Assembly (NCBI GenBank): GCA_002269645.1
Contig: NIVC01000024.1
Coordinates: 62,001 to 126,000 of the forward strand
DNA from: Macrostomum lignano
Lineage: Eukaryota
DNA length: 64,000 nt
Direction of reading: 5' to 3'
In this document: in pieces, positions 1 through 14,141 of the stretch
Numbering within the stretch: position 1 is the stretch's first letter
Layout: each line of letters opens with the position of its first letter
Position numbers and translations under genes: made by a program
The notes under the pieces: model-generated
What the model saw: the letters and a program-made list of their open reading frames with translations, nothing else
What the model was told of the DNA's origin: nothing
The model's database searches: none

Positions 1-716
1 ATGGCGAAGAGAAGTATCTTATTAAATTGGAAGCCTGGGCTTTAACATCACGGAAACGAGTTTGAAATTGTAACCGAAACTATGTACGGCTCGTATATTC
101 GTTTATTTTTTATCAAGCCCTGCATTTTGTACAGCAAATTATATCTGTTTATGTTAAAGAAGCTAGAAGTGCCCAGTTCTAAAAACAAACATGCATCATT
201 TCTATTTTGATGCTTTCTAAAAGTAGAAAAATGAACTTACGAATACGGACACAGGCTATTTTTGGATGCAAAAAAACTTCTGGATGTAGACAGGCTTGAG
301 CTTAGACAGACGAAATAAAAACGACAGTTTCTTAGAAAGGAAAAGGTCGAAAAAATATCCGGGGCTCTGCAATGTCTATAGCGACAAAAATCTCAACCTG
401 CTGGTAAACTAAATTCCCGGTCTTAAAGTATAACATGCAGATGAGGGGCCTTGAAAGGAATGGCATTCAACACGTGACTGCGATTTGATCTTATCGTACT
501 GCTATAAGGCGTCAGAAAACACAAGTCAGCATGATTCAAATTTAAAAGCATGTACAGTAACTTAGTGCAAAATTATGTACAAATACCAGGGCACATATGG
601 GTCTCTTGCAATGTTTTACACAAGTAACACCGCACTTCTAAACTTCAGTTCTCAAATGCACGGATTAAATAAATAGCTGTGGCTGTACTGATAGTACATG
701 TACATGCTATACTACT

Positions 717-931
717 CAGGGGCGTCACCACGGATTTTATGATGGGGGAAACAAATCCAAGAATTCTACATGTACATGACTTAATCGCCGCAGGCACATA
801 TTTTTCGACTTAGAGCAATTTCACAACGGGTCACAAAGTGGGGTGGCGGGGACAAAGCATCGGCATGTCCGCCCATAGCTTCTGCGGGGGGGGACAGTTC
901 TCCTCTTGTCCCCCCGGCGGCTACGCCTCTG
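717..931. mobile_element. Small MITE-like element with hAT-type ends
   Basis: CAGGGGCGTCACC at 717 and GGCTACGCCTCTG ending at 931 are imperfect inverted repeats. The TSD is only a partial match. Confidence 0.35.
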
Positions 932-1057
932 CTACTAACAACTACATAGTCGCAGTAGACTTCCTTATCTCACGAAAAATATCGGTCCAGCGTTAAGAAG
1001 TACAGCGTTACTATATACTCAAGCAAAAGTTGATGAGCTTAGACATGCAGCCCTCAT

Positions 1058-2587
1058 CCGTAGCGAGCCAGGGGGGGGGGGCACAGCTACCCAACATGGC
1101 TCTTCCAAAAGCTAAATTACTTTTTCCACCTCTTGCCTCTTGAGCGTAACAAAAAGACGTGTTATAGGGGGCGCCAACAAAGAGACAGGGGGCGCCAACA
1201 AAGAGACAGGGGGCGCCAACAAAGAGACAGGGGGCGCCAACAAAGAGACAGGGGGCGCCAACAAAGAGACAGGGGGCGCCAACAAAGAGACAGGGGGCGC
1301 CAACAAAGAGACAGGGGGCGCCAACAAAGAGACAGGGGGCGCCAACAAAGAGACAGGGGGCGCCAACAAAGAGACAGGGGCGCCAACAAAGAGACAGGGG
1401 GCGCCAACAAAGAGACAGGGGGCGCCAAAAAAGAGACAGGGGGCGCCAACAAAGAGACAGGGGCGCCAACAAAGAGACAGGGGGCGCCAACAAAGAGACA
1501 GGGGGCGCCAACAAAGAGACAGGGGGCGCCAACAAAGAGACAGGGGGCGCCAACAAAGAGACAGGGGGCGCCAACAAAGAGACAGGGGGCGCCAACAAAG
1601 AGACAGGGGGCGCCAACAAAGAGACAGGGGGCGCCAACAAAGAGACAGGGGGCGCCAACAAAGAGACAGGGGCGCCAACAAAGAGACAGGGGGCGCCAAC
1701 AAAGAGACAGGGGGCGCCAACAAAGAGACAGGGGGCGCCAACAAAGAGACAGGGGGCGCCAACAAAGAGACAGGGGGCGCCAACAAAGAGACAGGGGGCG
1801 CCAACAAAGAGACAGGGGGCGCCAACAAAGAGACAGGGGGCGCCAACAAAGAGACAGGGGGCGCCAACAAAGAGACAGGGGGCGCCAACAAAGAGACAGG
1901 GGGCGCCAACAAAGAGACAGGGGGCGCCAACAAAGAGACAGGGGGCGCCAACAAAGAGACAGGGGGCGCCAACAAAGAGACAGGGGGCGCCAACAAAGAG
2001 ACGGGGCGCCAACAAAGAGACAGGGGGCGCCAACAAAGAGACAGGGGCGCCAACAAAGAGACAGGGGGCGCCAACAAAGAGACAGGGGGCGCCAACAAAG
2101 AGACAGGGGGCGCCAACAAAGAGACAGGGGGCGCCAACAAAGAGACAGGGGGCGCCAACAAAGAGACAGGGGGCGCCAACAAAGAGACAGGGGGCGCCAA
2201 CAAAGAGACAGGGGGCGCCAACAAAGAGACAGGGGGCGCCAACAAAGAGACAGGGGGCGCCAACAAAGAGACAGGGGGCGCCAACAAAGAGACAGGGGGC
2301 GCCAACAAAGAGACAGGGGGCGCCAACAAAGAGACAGGGGCGCCAACAAAGAGACAGGGGGCGCCAACAAAGAGACAGGGGGCGCCAAAAAGAGACAGGG
2401 GGCGCCAACAAAGAGACAGGGGGCGCCAACAAAGAGACAGGGGGCGCCAACAAAGAGACAGGGGGCGCCAACAAAGAGACAGGGGGCGCCAACAAAGAGA
2501 CAGGGGGCGCCTACCAGGACACTAAATATTGGCATCTATTAGGGTTGCGGGCCTCTCCAATTTAAAATTGCTGCGTATACGCCACTG
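1058..2587. mobile_element. hAT-like non-autonomous element (MITE) carrying an internal 21-bp tandem array
   Basis: Right end reads TACGCCACTG (reverse complement CAGTGGCGTA). Left end CCGTAGCGAGCC is a degenerate version of it. Flanks GCCCTCAT (1050-1057) and GCCCTCAA (2588-2595) match 7/8, as expected for an 8-bp TSD. Confidence 0.5.
1166..2511. repeat. 21-bp minisatellite (AGGGGGCGCCAACAAAGAGAC)n, about 64 copies
   Basis: Directly visible. It explains five overlapping repetitive ORFs at 1011-2542. Confidence 0.97.
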
Positions 2588-2677
2588 GCCCTCAAGTGCG
2601 CATGCATTGAATAGATAGATGTGTTAGATCTGTCTGCCTCAGACGCTCAGACGAGTCTCAGACGCCTCGGTTGCGAC

Positions 2678-5420
<2,743 letters not shown>

Positions 5421-6894
5421 TTTATGCCTGTCAAAGCCTAAAGCTATATGGGTTGTTGTCAATTCACTTTCAATATAATTTGGATTTTAGCCCGTAGGAT
5501 TAATAAGTTTTGCTGCGGCTACACACTTTAAGCTACTGTATAACTTTAGCTATACAGCTCCAAAGGAAGCAGTTTTTTAAAATATAAGATCAGTCAAGTA
5601 TTGTGCTGTTGCTTTATAGAGATGAAGCATCCATGATGTAACATTGTGTTCATCCGAGCTAATTTTAGTTTGCAAAATAGGAAAGACATTTTCAACTCAA
5701 AATGTACAGCAGAAGAATAACAACATTTTGTATGTTCTTTTATTGTGTTTTCGGCACGATAAACAAAGATCTTACATCCCTGTTGAAACCAAAAATAACC
5801 CCACATCATTTCATTTTACAATAATTTGCCGTAAACAAGAAAAGCGACATTTATTTTTGTGCCACTTTATTGGCATACTTAAGCGACCTGCAACCGCGTA
5901 AAGCTTGTTTCAGTGATTTCTGTGCAAAAAAGAAGCCAACGAACCCTCGAGATAGTTTAGAATTTCTTAGAAACGAGCTGAAGGCCTGGTAGCTAGTAAT
6001 ATCGCTAGTGTATCGGATTTGTCTATGGCAGAAACCCCACTCGGCGCTGTGCGTTCTCTTTAGTGAATGTGAAAGAGGCAGCGACGACACTCTGACGACA
6101 AGCAATGACAGGCTAGAGATGACAGCCTTATCGATTTGATTTTGATTTACTAAAATAAGTATGATTTGTTTAACTCAGTAGTATCGTGGAAATGCGCGCT
6201 TCCAAATCCGCTTTGCTTTCTATCGGCCTCTGACTGGTCGACTGCCAATGGCGACGATAGGGTGACTTTTGGTCAGCTTGTCGTCAACTTGTCGTCATTA
6301 GCCTGTCGTCGCAACAATTTTTTTCCTAGCGGGCGATCATTTAAACCCACAGCGGTTGTCGTGCCATTTTTCGTTTTCCATGGCATTTGAACGGATTAAA
6401 AACGACAAAATGTTAATCCGTTGCATTTAAATTGAACCACGCGTCGAATAATAATAAAAAAACACAATGATGACCTAATTATCTCAGAGAATTAAGCCAA
6501 AAAAGCTTGCTATACAGCATTAGGAGAGCGCTGAATAAGTACACACCCGCACACCCCTGTCTCCCTTCCCCTGTACACTGCCCGCTGTACAGCATGCATA
6601 AGTGTCTTCTCGGTGTTGCCCGCATTGGCCTTGAAAGCGGAAAGCTTATATAGCCTAGCCTACAGAAAATAGCCTGTCACTGGAGCAGAGGCCCGTGTTA
6701 GTCCAGACGCGGGGAAGCCAGGACAGTCAAGTTCTGTACGCACTCTGCTCTCTCAAATTGCACAGCTAGGCCAGCCAGATCAGCTGACCCAGGTCCCAAA
6801 CTAACACTCAATATTAGTAAACAATGGCCTGACAGTAGAGTACTACTATAGCTAGAAGCACTACAATTGACAATTGAAGGCTACCTACTACTCC

Positions 6895-9800
6895 ATGCCT
6901 ACTACAGCGAAGCGGTCCTCAAGCGGTGGTCGGGACTCGGACAGGACTAGTTTGGTTTCGTCAGGCTCAAGCGAAATCACTGCTGAACAGACGCCATTTC
7001 CACCGCCGAACGTGACGCTGCCGAGATGGACCACGATCTACATGGAGCCGCTGACGCTCCTGTTCTGCGCGGCTTTCCAGGGCCTGTCGCCGCTCATCTC
7101 GCAGTACGTGTACTTCAGGCTGGGCAGCGAGCTGGGGTTGAACAGCACCGCTACAGCAGCTGTGCAGCACGTTGGAGACAGCCCGTGCAACGCCTCAGAT
7201 CAGTATGGCATGAGGAACTCGTCTGAGCAGTACGAACTGACTCAACTAGTCCAGGTGCGGCCTTAGAGTTAGTGACACCCATTCTTAGGCCAGTGACACT
7301 CATTCTCAGTCCAGTGACACTCATTCTCAGTCCATTGGCACTCATTCTCAGTCCAGTGACACTCATTCTCAGTCCAGTGACACTCATTCTTAGGCCAGTG
7401 ACACTCATTCTAGGGCCAGTGACACTCATTCTCAGTCCAGTGACACTCATTCTTAGGCCAGTGACACTCATTCTTAGGCCAGTGACACTCATTCTAGGGC
7501 CAGTGACACATTCTCAGTCCAGTGACACTCATTCTCAGTCCGGTGACACTCATTCTCAGTCCAGTGACACTTATTCTTAGGCCAGTGACACTCATTCTCA
7601 GTCCAGTGACACTAATTCTTAGGCCAGTGACACTCATTCAATTGCCAGTGACGCTCGTTCTAGGGCCAGTGACACACTCACTAAAGGGTCATTGACACAC
7701 TCACTAAAGGGTCATTGACACACTCACTAAAGGGTCATTGACATACTCATTAAAGGGCCAGTGACAGCCTCACTAAAGGGTCAGTGACACACTCACTAAA
7801 GGGCCAGTGACACACTCACTAAAGGGCCAGTGACACACTCACTAAAGGGCCAGTGACACACTCACTAAAGGGTCATTGACAACCACACTTGAGGGCCAGT
7901 GACACACTCACTAAAGGGCCAGTGACACACTCACTAAAGGGTCATTGACAACCACACTTGAGGGCCAGTGACAGCCTCACTAAAGAGCCAGTGACACATT
8001 CACTAAAGGGCCAGTGACACACTCACTAAAAGGCCAGTGACACTCATTCTCAGTCCAGTGACACTCATTCTCAGTCCAGTGACACTCATTCACTCACTAA
8101 AGGGCCAGTGACACACTCACTAAAGGGCCAGTGACACATTCACTAAAGGGCCAGTGACACACTCACTAAAAGGCCAGTGACACACTCACTAAAAGGCCAG
8201 TGACACATTCACTAAAGGGCCAGTGACACACTCACTAAAGGGCCAGTGACACACTCACTAAAGGGCCAGTGACACATTCACTAAAGGGCCAGTGACACAC
8301 TCACTAAAGGGCCAGTGACACACTCACTAAAGGGTCAGTGACACACTCACTAAAGGGCCAGTGACACATTCACTAAAGGGCCAGTGACACACTCACTAAA
8401 AGGCCAGTGACACACTCACTAAAAGGCCAGTGACACACTCAATTTAGCACCAGTGACACACTCGATTTAGCACCAGTGACACACTCGATTTAGCACCAGT
8501 GACACACTCACTTAAGGGTCAGTGACATACTCATTAAAGGGCCAGTGACAGCCTGACTCAAGGGCCAGTGACAGCCTGACTCAAGGGCAAGTGACAGCCT
8601 GACTCAAGGGCAAGTGACAGCCTGACTTAAGGGCCAGTGACAGCCTGACTCAAGGGCAAGTGACAGCCTGACTCAAGGGCAAGTGACAGCCTGACTTAAG
8701 GGCCAGTGACAGCCTGACTCAAGGGCAAGTGACAGCCTGACTCAAGGTCCAGTGACAGCCTGACTCAAGGGCCAGTGACAGCCTGACTCAAGGGCAAGTG
8801 ACAGCCTGACTCAAGGGCAAGTGACAGCCTGACTTAAGGGCCAGTGACAGCCTGACTCAAGGGCCAGTGACAGCCTGACTTAAGGGCAAGTGACAGCCTG
8901 CCTCAAGGGCCAGTGACAGCCTGACTCAAGGGCCAGTGACACTCTAATTTGTCGGACAAATGCTTCTCTGAACTCGTACCCTGGTGATATCTCTCAAGCT
9001 AATGGTAGCTCGTAGCCATGGTTTCATTACAAAAGTTCAGCAAAGTTGACCCCCAATTGTATAAAATGCGTCCACCCAATTTTATTACAATCCCAATCAG
9101 GACCGAGCATCCAGCTGGATTCTGTACAGGGACATTCTGGCCGCAGTCGGGGCTGTCATCTCAATTCCACTGTTGAGCAGCTCGTCAGATCGTCACGGCC
9201 GGAAGGTCGCCCTTGTCCTGCCCTGCCTGGGCACCCTGGCCGAATCTGTTGTGTCTCTGTGCGTTATCTGGTTCCGCCTGCCGCTGATCTGCATGCTGAT
9301 AGCTGCGGCAGTCTCTGGCTTGTGCGGCGGCATCGGCTGCCTGTTCTCAGGTGCACTGGCCTACCTGGCTGATATCACCACGGCTAAGTCCAGGCCGATG
9401 CGAATCGCTGTACTGGAAGCTCTGACAGGGATTGGCGGAGCCGGCTCGTGCGTTCTGATTGGCTGGTGGATTCGGTGGCAGGTGAGGGCTGTGTTGGTTA
9501 ATTACAGGTGAGGGCTGTGTTGGTTAATTACAGGTGAGGGCTGTGTTGGTTAATTACAGGTGAGGGCTGTGTTGGTTAATTACAGGTGAGGGCTGTGTTG
9601 GTTAATTACAGGTGAGGACTGTGTTGGTTAATTACAGGTGAGGCTGACTAATTACCGGCGTTTTCCAAGGGCTTTATTTATTCTTCTTTCAAGGGCTTCC
9701 TAATCCCGCACGCCTTCTGCACATCTCTGTACGCGCTGACTGCCTTGTTCTGCATCTTCGTGGTGCCAGAGGTCCGCACAGCGGCCGAGAGTCAACACCA

Positions 9801-10587
9801 ACAGCCATCTTCATCAATACGCAGACTCCTAGTTGAGCCGCTGAGCAATTTAGCCAGCCTGATGTCGATGCCGCACAGCCTGCCGACGGTGTACGCCCTG
9901 GTGCTGAGCGGCCTGGCCCTGTACTGCGCCGCATTCTTCGGCATAGTAGACCTGAGCGTGCTGTACAGCATGAACTTCCCGTTCTGCCTGGACAGCGTGC
10001 TCATCGGCTACTTCTCGGCTGCTCGACAGGTGGCCCTGCAGATCGGCATGCTGCTTGTCGTGAGTCTCTGCCGCAGACTGGGCCTGTCCACCTTGACCAT
10101 CGCGTCCATCGGCACAGTGTCCACCGCGGCTGGAGACGTCCTGCTCGCCATGGCAACCGACCGCAGCCTGCTCTGGCTCAGCATCGCCGCGTCTGTAGCC
10201 GCCGCCTGCCCGGTGCCGATGTACCGCGCCTTCGTTTCCATGGTAACACCGGCTGACAAGCAGGGCTGCGCGTTCAGCCTGTTCGGCGTGCTGCAAATGC
10301 TGTTCTACCTGTTCGGCAACCTGGCCTACACCAGTGTGTACCGAGCCGCCCTCGTGTGGCAGCCGGGGTTCGTGTTCTACACCGTGGCCCTGACTCTGGC
10401 AGTCGCATTGGCTCTCACCATCTCTGCGGAGGCTGTTTATCGAGTGAGAACTCTGCCGGCAGCTGGCAAAACCACAGTGTGCGTCGTGGGTGACAGCCCG
10501 AACGGCAGCGAAGGCGAAGTCACTACCGCTAGTCAAGTCGGTTCGGTGCAATGGGTCGGCGATCACAACTCTTATGACACTGCTTAG
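6895..10587 (+). CDS. MFS transporter of the SLC46 family (proton-coupled folate / heme carrier-like), 544 aa, 3 exons
   Basis: Exons 6895-7254, 9101-9481 and 9694-10587, GT-AG, all phase 0. SLC46-type motifs SSSSDRHGRK, LAYLADIT...RPMRIAVLEA, FCLDSVLIGY and YRAFVSMVTPADKQGCAFS. Multiple hydrophobic TM segments. Confidence 0.9.
7270..8942 (+). repeat. Compound 21-23-bp minisatellite filling MFS intron 1 (shared CAGTGACA core, four successive unit types)
   Basis: Units CAGTGACACTCATTCTCAGTC, CAGTGACACACTCACTAAAGGGC, CAGTGACACACTCGATTTAGCAC and CAGTGACAGCCTGACTCAAGGGC occur in ordered blocks. Confidence 0.95.
9482..9637 (+). repeat. Six tandem 26-bp units GTGAGGGCTGTGTTGGTTAATTACAG at the start of MFS intron 2
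   Basis: Directly visible. Unit boundaries coincide with the exon 2 donor. Confidence 0.95.
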
Positions 10588-10675
10588 ACACCTGCAACTG
10601 CTCATTGACTTGATGGAGTGCAGTCTCCGGCAGTTCGGATGGAATCACGAAAATCCTTGAGAAATTGCTTCTCAA

Positions 10676-11455
10676 TGCCCCCAGATCCTTCAGCACCCGC
10701 TTTCTCCCCAATAATACCACCCCCAGATCCTTCAGCACCCGCTCTCTCCCCAAGAATGCCCCCCAGATCCTTTAGCACCCGCTCTCTCCCTAAGAATGCC
10801 CCCCAGATCCTTCAGCACCCGCTCTCTCCCCAAGAATACCCCCAGATCCTTCAGCACCCGCTCTTTCCCCAAGAATACCCCCAGATCCTTCAGCACCCGC
10901 TCTCTCCCCAAGAATACCCCCAGATCCTTCAGCACCCGCTCTCTCGCCAACAATACCCCCCAGATCCTTTAGCACCCGCTCTCTCCCCAAGAATGCCCCC
11001 CAGATCCTTTAGCACCCGCTCTCTCGCCAACAATACCCCCAGATCCTTTAGCACCCGCTCTCTCCCCAAGAATGCCCCCCAGATCCTTTAGCACCCGCTC
11101 TCTCCCCAAGAATGCCCCCCAGATCCTTTAGCACCCGCTCTCTCCCCAAGAATGCCCCCCAGATCCTTTAGCACCCGCTCTCTCCCCAAGAATGCCCCCC
11201 AGATCCTTTAGCACCCGCTCTCTCCCCAAGAATGCCCCCCAGATCCTTCAGCACCCGCTCTCTCCCCAAGAATGCCCCCCAGATCCTTCAGCACCCGCTC
11301 TCTCCCCAAGAATGCCCCCCAGATCCTTTAGCACCCGCTCTCTCCCCAAGAATGCCCCCAGATCCTTCAGCACCCGCTCTCTCCCCAAGAATGCCCCCCA
11401 GATCCTTCAGCACCCGCTCTCTCCCCAAGAATGCCCCCCAGATCCTTTAGCACCC
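10676..11455. repeat. About 40-bp minisatellite (CCCCCAGATCCTTT/CAGCACCCGCTCTCTCCCCAAGAATGC) downstream of the MFS stop
   Basis: Directly visible. Confidence 0.95.
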
Positions 11456-11772
11456 TGATGTTCGTCACCCACACGCTTGAATGCTTGGGTGTTGGACTTT
11501 TGTCGTAGAAAAAAACATGTTATTACACATTTTAGACGGGCTTGATTTTTACATGTATTTTCATACGGTTTGTAGCTATCGCTGATTCGAGTGAGTTCAT
11601 TTACGAGTATAATGGCTTAAGTGCACTTATAATTATACTTAGGGATTTGCATTCAAATTTTTAACGCGTGTAAAAATCAACACTTTATCAAAGTTCGTTC
11701 AATTTTAATTTTCACCCACAACTGGGCAAAAATTATACTTGAAAAGAAACTGCAGTTGCTCTTAAATAATTC

Positions 11773-13917
11773 ATGAGACTGGAATCTTATCCCAATGAGA
11801 CTGGAGTCTTATCTCAATGAGACCGGAATCTTATCCCAATGAGACTGGAATATCATCCCAATGAGACCGGAATCTTATCCCAATGAGACTGGAATATCAT
11901 CCCAATGAGACTGGAATCTTATCCCAATGAGACCGGAATCTTATCCCAATGAGACTGGAATCTTATCCCAATGAGACTGGAATATCATCGCAATGAGACC
12001 GGAATCTTATCCCAATGAGACCGGAATCTTATCTCAATGAGACTGGAATCTTATCTTAATGAGACTGGAGTCTTATCCCAATGAGACTGGAATCTTATCC
12101 CAATGAGACTGGAATCTTATCCCAATGAGACTGGAGTCTTATCCCAATGAGACTGGAATATCATCCCAATGAGACTGGAATCTTATCCCAATGAGACCGG
12201 AATCTTATCCCAATGAGACTGGAATCTTATCCCAATGAGACTGGAGTCTTATCCCAATGAGACTGGAATCTTATCCCAATGAGACCGGAATCTTATCCCA
12301 ATGAGACTGGAATCTTATCCCAATGAGACTGGAATCTTATCTCAATGAGACTGGAATCTTATCCCAATGAGACTGGAATCTTATCCCAATGAGACTGGAG
12401 TCTTATCCCAATGAGACTGGAATCTTATCCCAATGAGACTGGAATCTTATCCCAATGAGACTGGAATCTTATCTCAATGAGACTGGAATCTTATCTCAAT
12501 GAGACTGGAATCTTATCTCAATGAGACTGGAATCTTATCTCAATGAGACTGGAATCTTATCTCAATGAGACTGGAATCTTATCCCAATGAGACTGGAATC
12601 TTATCCCAATGAGACTGGAGTCTTATCCCAATGAGACTGGAATCTTATCCCAATGAGACTGGAATCTTATCCCAATGAGACTGGAATCTTATCCCAATGA
12701 GACTGGAGTCTTATCCCAATGAGACTGGAATCTTATCCCAATGAGACTGGAATCTTATCCCAATGAGACTGGAATCTTATCCCAATGAGACTGGAATCTT
12801 ATCCCAATGAGACTGGAATCTTATCCCAATGAGACTGGAGTCTTATCTCAATGAGACTGGAATCTTATCCCAATGAGACTGGAATCTTATCCCAATGAGA
12901 CTGGAATCTTATCCCAATGAGACTGGAATCTTATCCCAATGAGACTGGAATCTTATCCCAATGAGACTGGAATCTTATCCCAATGAGACCGGAATCTTAT
13001 CCCAATGAGACCGGAATCTTATCCCAATGAGACTGGAATATCATCCCAATGAGACTGGAATCTTATCTCAATGAGACTGGAGTCTTATCCCAATGAGACT
13101 GGAATCTTATCCCAATGAGACTGGAGTCTTATCTCAATGAGACTGGAATCTTATCCCAATGAGACTGGAATCTTATCCCAATGAGACTGGAGTCTTATCC
13201 CAATGAGACTGGAATCTTATCCCAATGAGACTGGAATCTTATCCCAATGAGACTGGAGTCTTATCTCAATGAGACTGGAGTCTTATCCCAATGAGACTGG
13301 AATCTTATCTCAATGAGACTGGAGTCTTATCTCAATGAGACTGGAATCTTATCCCAATGAGACTGGAGTCTTATCCCAATGAGACTGGAATCTTATCCCA
13401 ATGAGACTGGAGTCTTATCCCAATGAGACTGGAATCTTATCTCAATGAGACTGGAGTCTTATCCCAATGAGACTGGAATCGTATCACTATGAGACTGGAG
13501 TCTTATCCCAATGAGACTGGAATCTTATCCCAATGAGACTGGAATCTTATCCCAATGAGACCGGAATCTTATCCCAATGAGACTGGAATATCATCGCAAT
13601 GAGACCGGAATCTTATCCCAATGAGACCGGAATCTTATCTCAATGAGACTGGAATCTTATCTTAATGAGACTGGAGTCTTATCCCAATGAGACTGGAGTC
13701 TTATCATAATGAGACTGGAATCTTATCCTAATGAGACTGGAGTCTTATCCCAATGAGACTGGAGTCTTATCTCAATGAGACTGGAATCTTATCCCAACGA
13801 GACTGGAGTCTTATCCCAATGAGACTGGAGTCTTATCCCAATGAGACTGGAATATCATCCCAATGAGACCGGAATCTTATCGCTATGAGACTGGAATCTT
13901 ATCCTAATGAGACTGGA
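11773..13917. repeat. 22-bp minisatellite (AATGAGACTGGAATCTTATCCC)n, about 97 copies, between the convergent MFS and ACAD9 3' ends
   Basis: Directly visible. Confidence 0.97.
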
Positions 13918-14141
13918 AGTTGTCACACAAAGAAAGACAAGAAAGATGAAAAGCATACAAAGTACATGTAGTTCTTGAAAACACCGAGTTGGTACTAACA
14001 TCGATCTACCAGCGTACACATCAATAAACTGATATAGGCTATATATTTTAAAGAAATTTCATTCACAAATACAAAGAATACAAGAGCTGACTCAGTACAA
14101 TTATAACTCACAACGCAGAAACGAACTAGCAGTTGATAATT

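Noticed and set aside
1011-2542. Five 400-490 aa ORFs (GANKETG, LLAPPVS etc.)
   Set aside because: Open on both strands and in several frames only because the 21-bp unit lacks stops. The array lies inside a MITE-like element.
11773-13917. CRISPR-like appearance of regular arrays (here and elsewhere)
   Set aside because: Units are head-to-tail with no unique spacers, there are no cas genes, and the context is eukaryotic.
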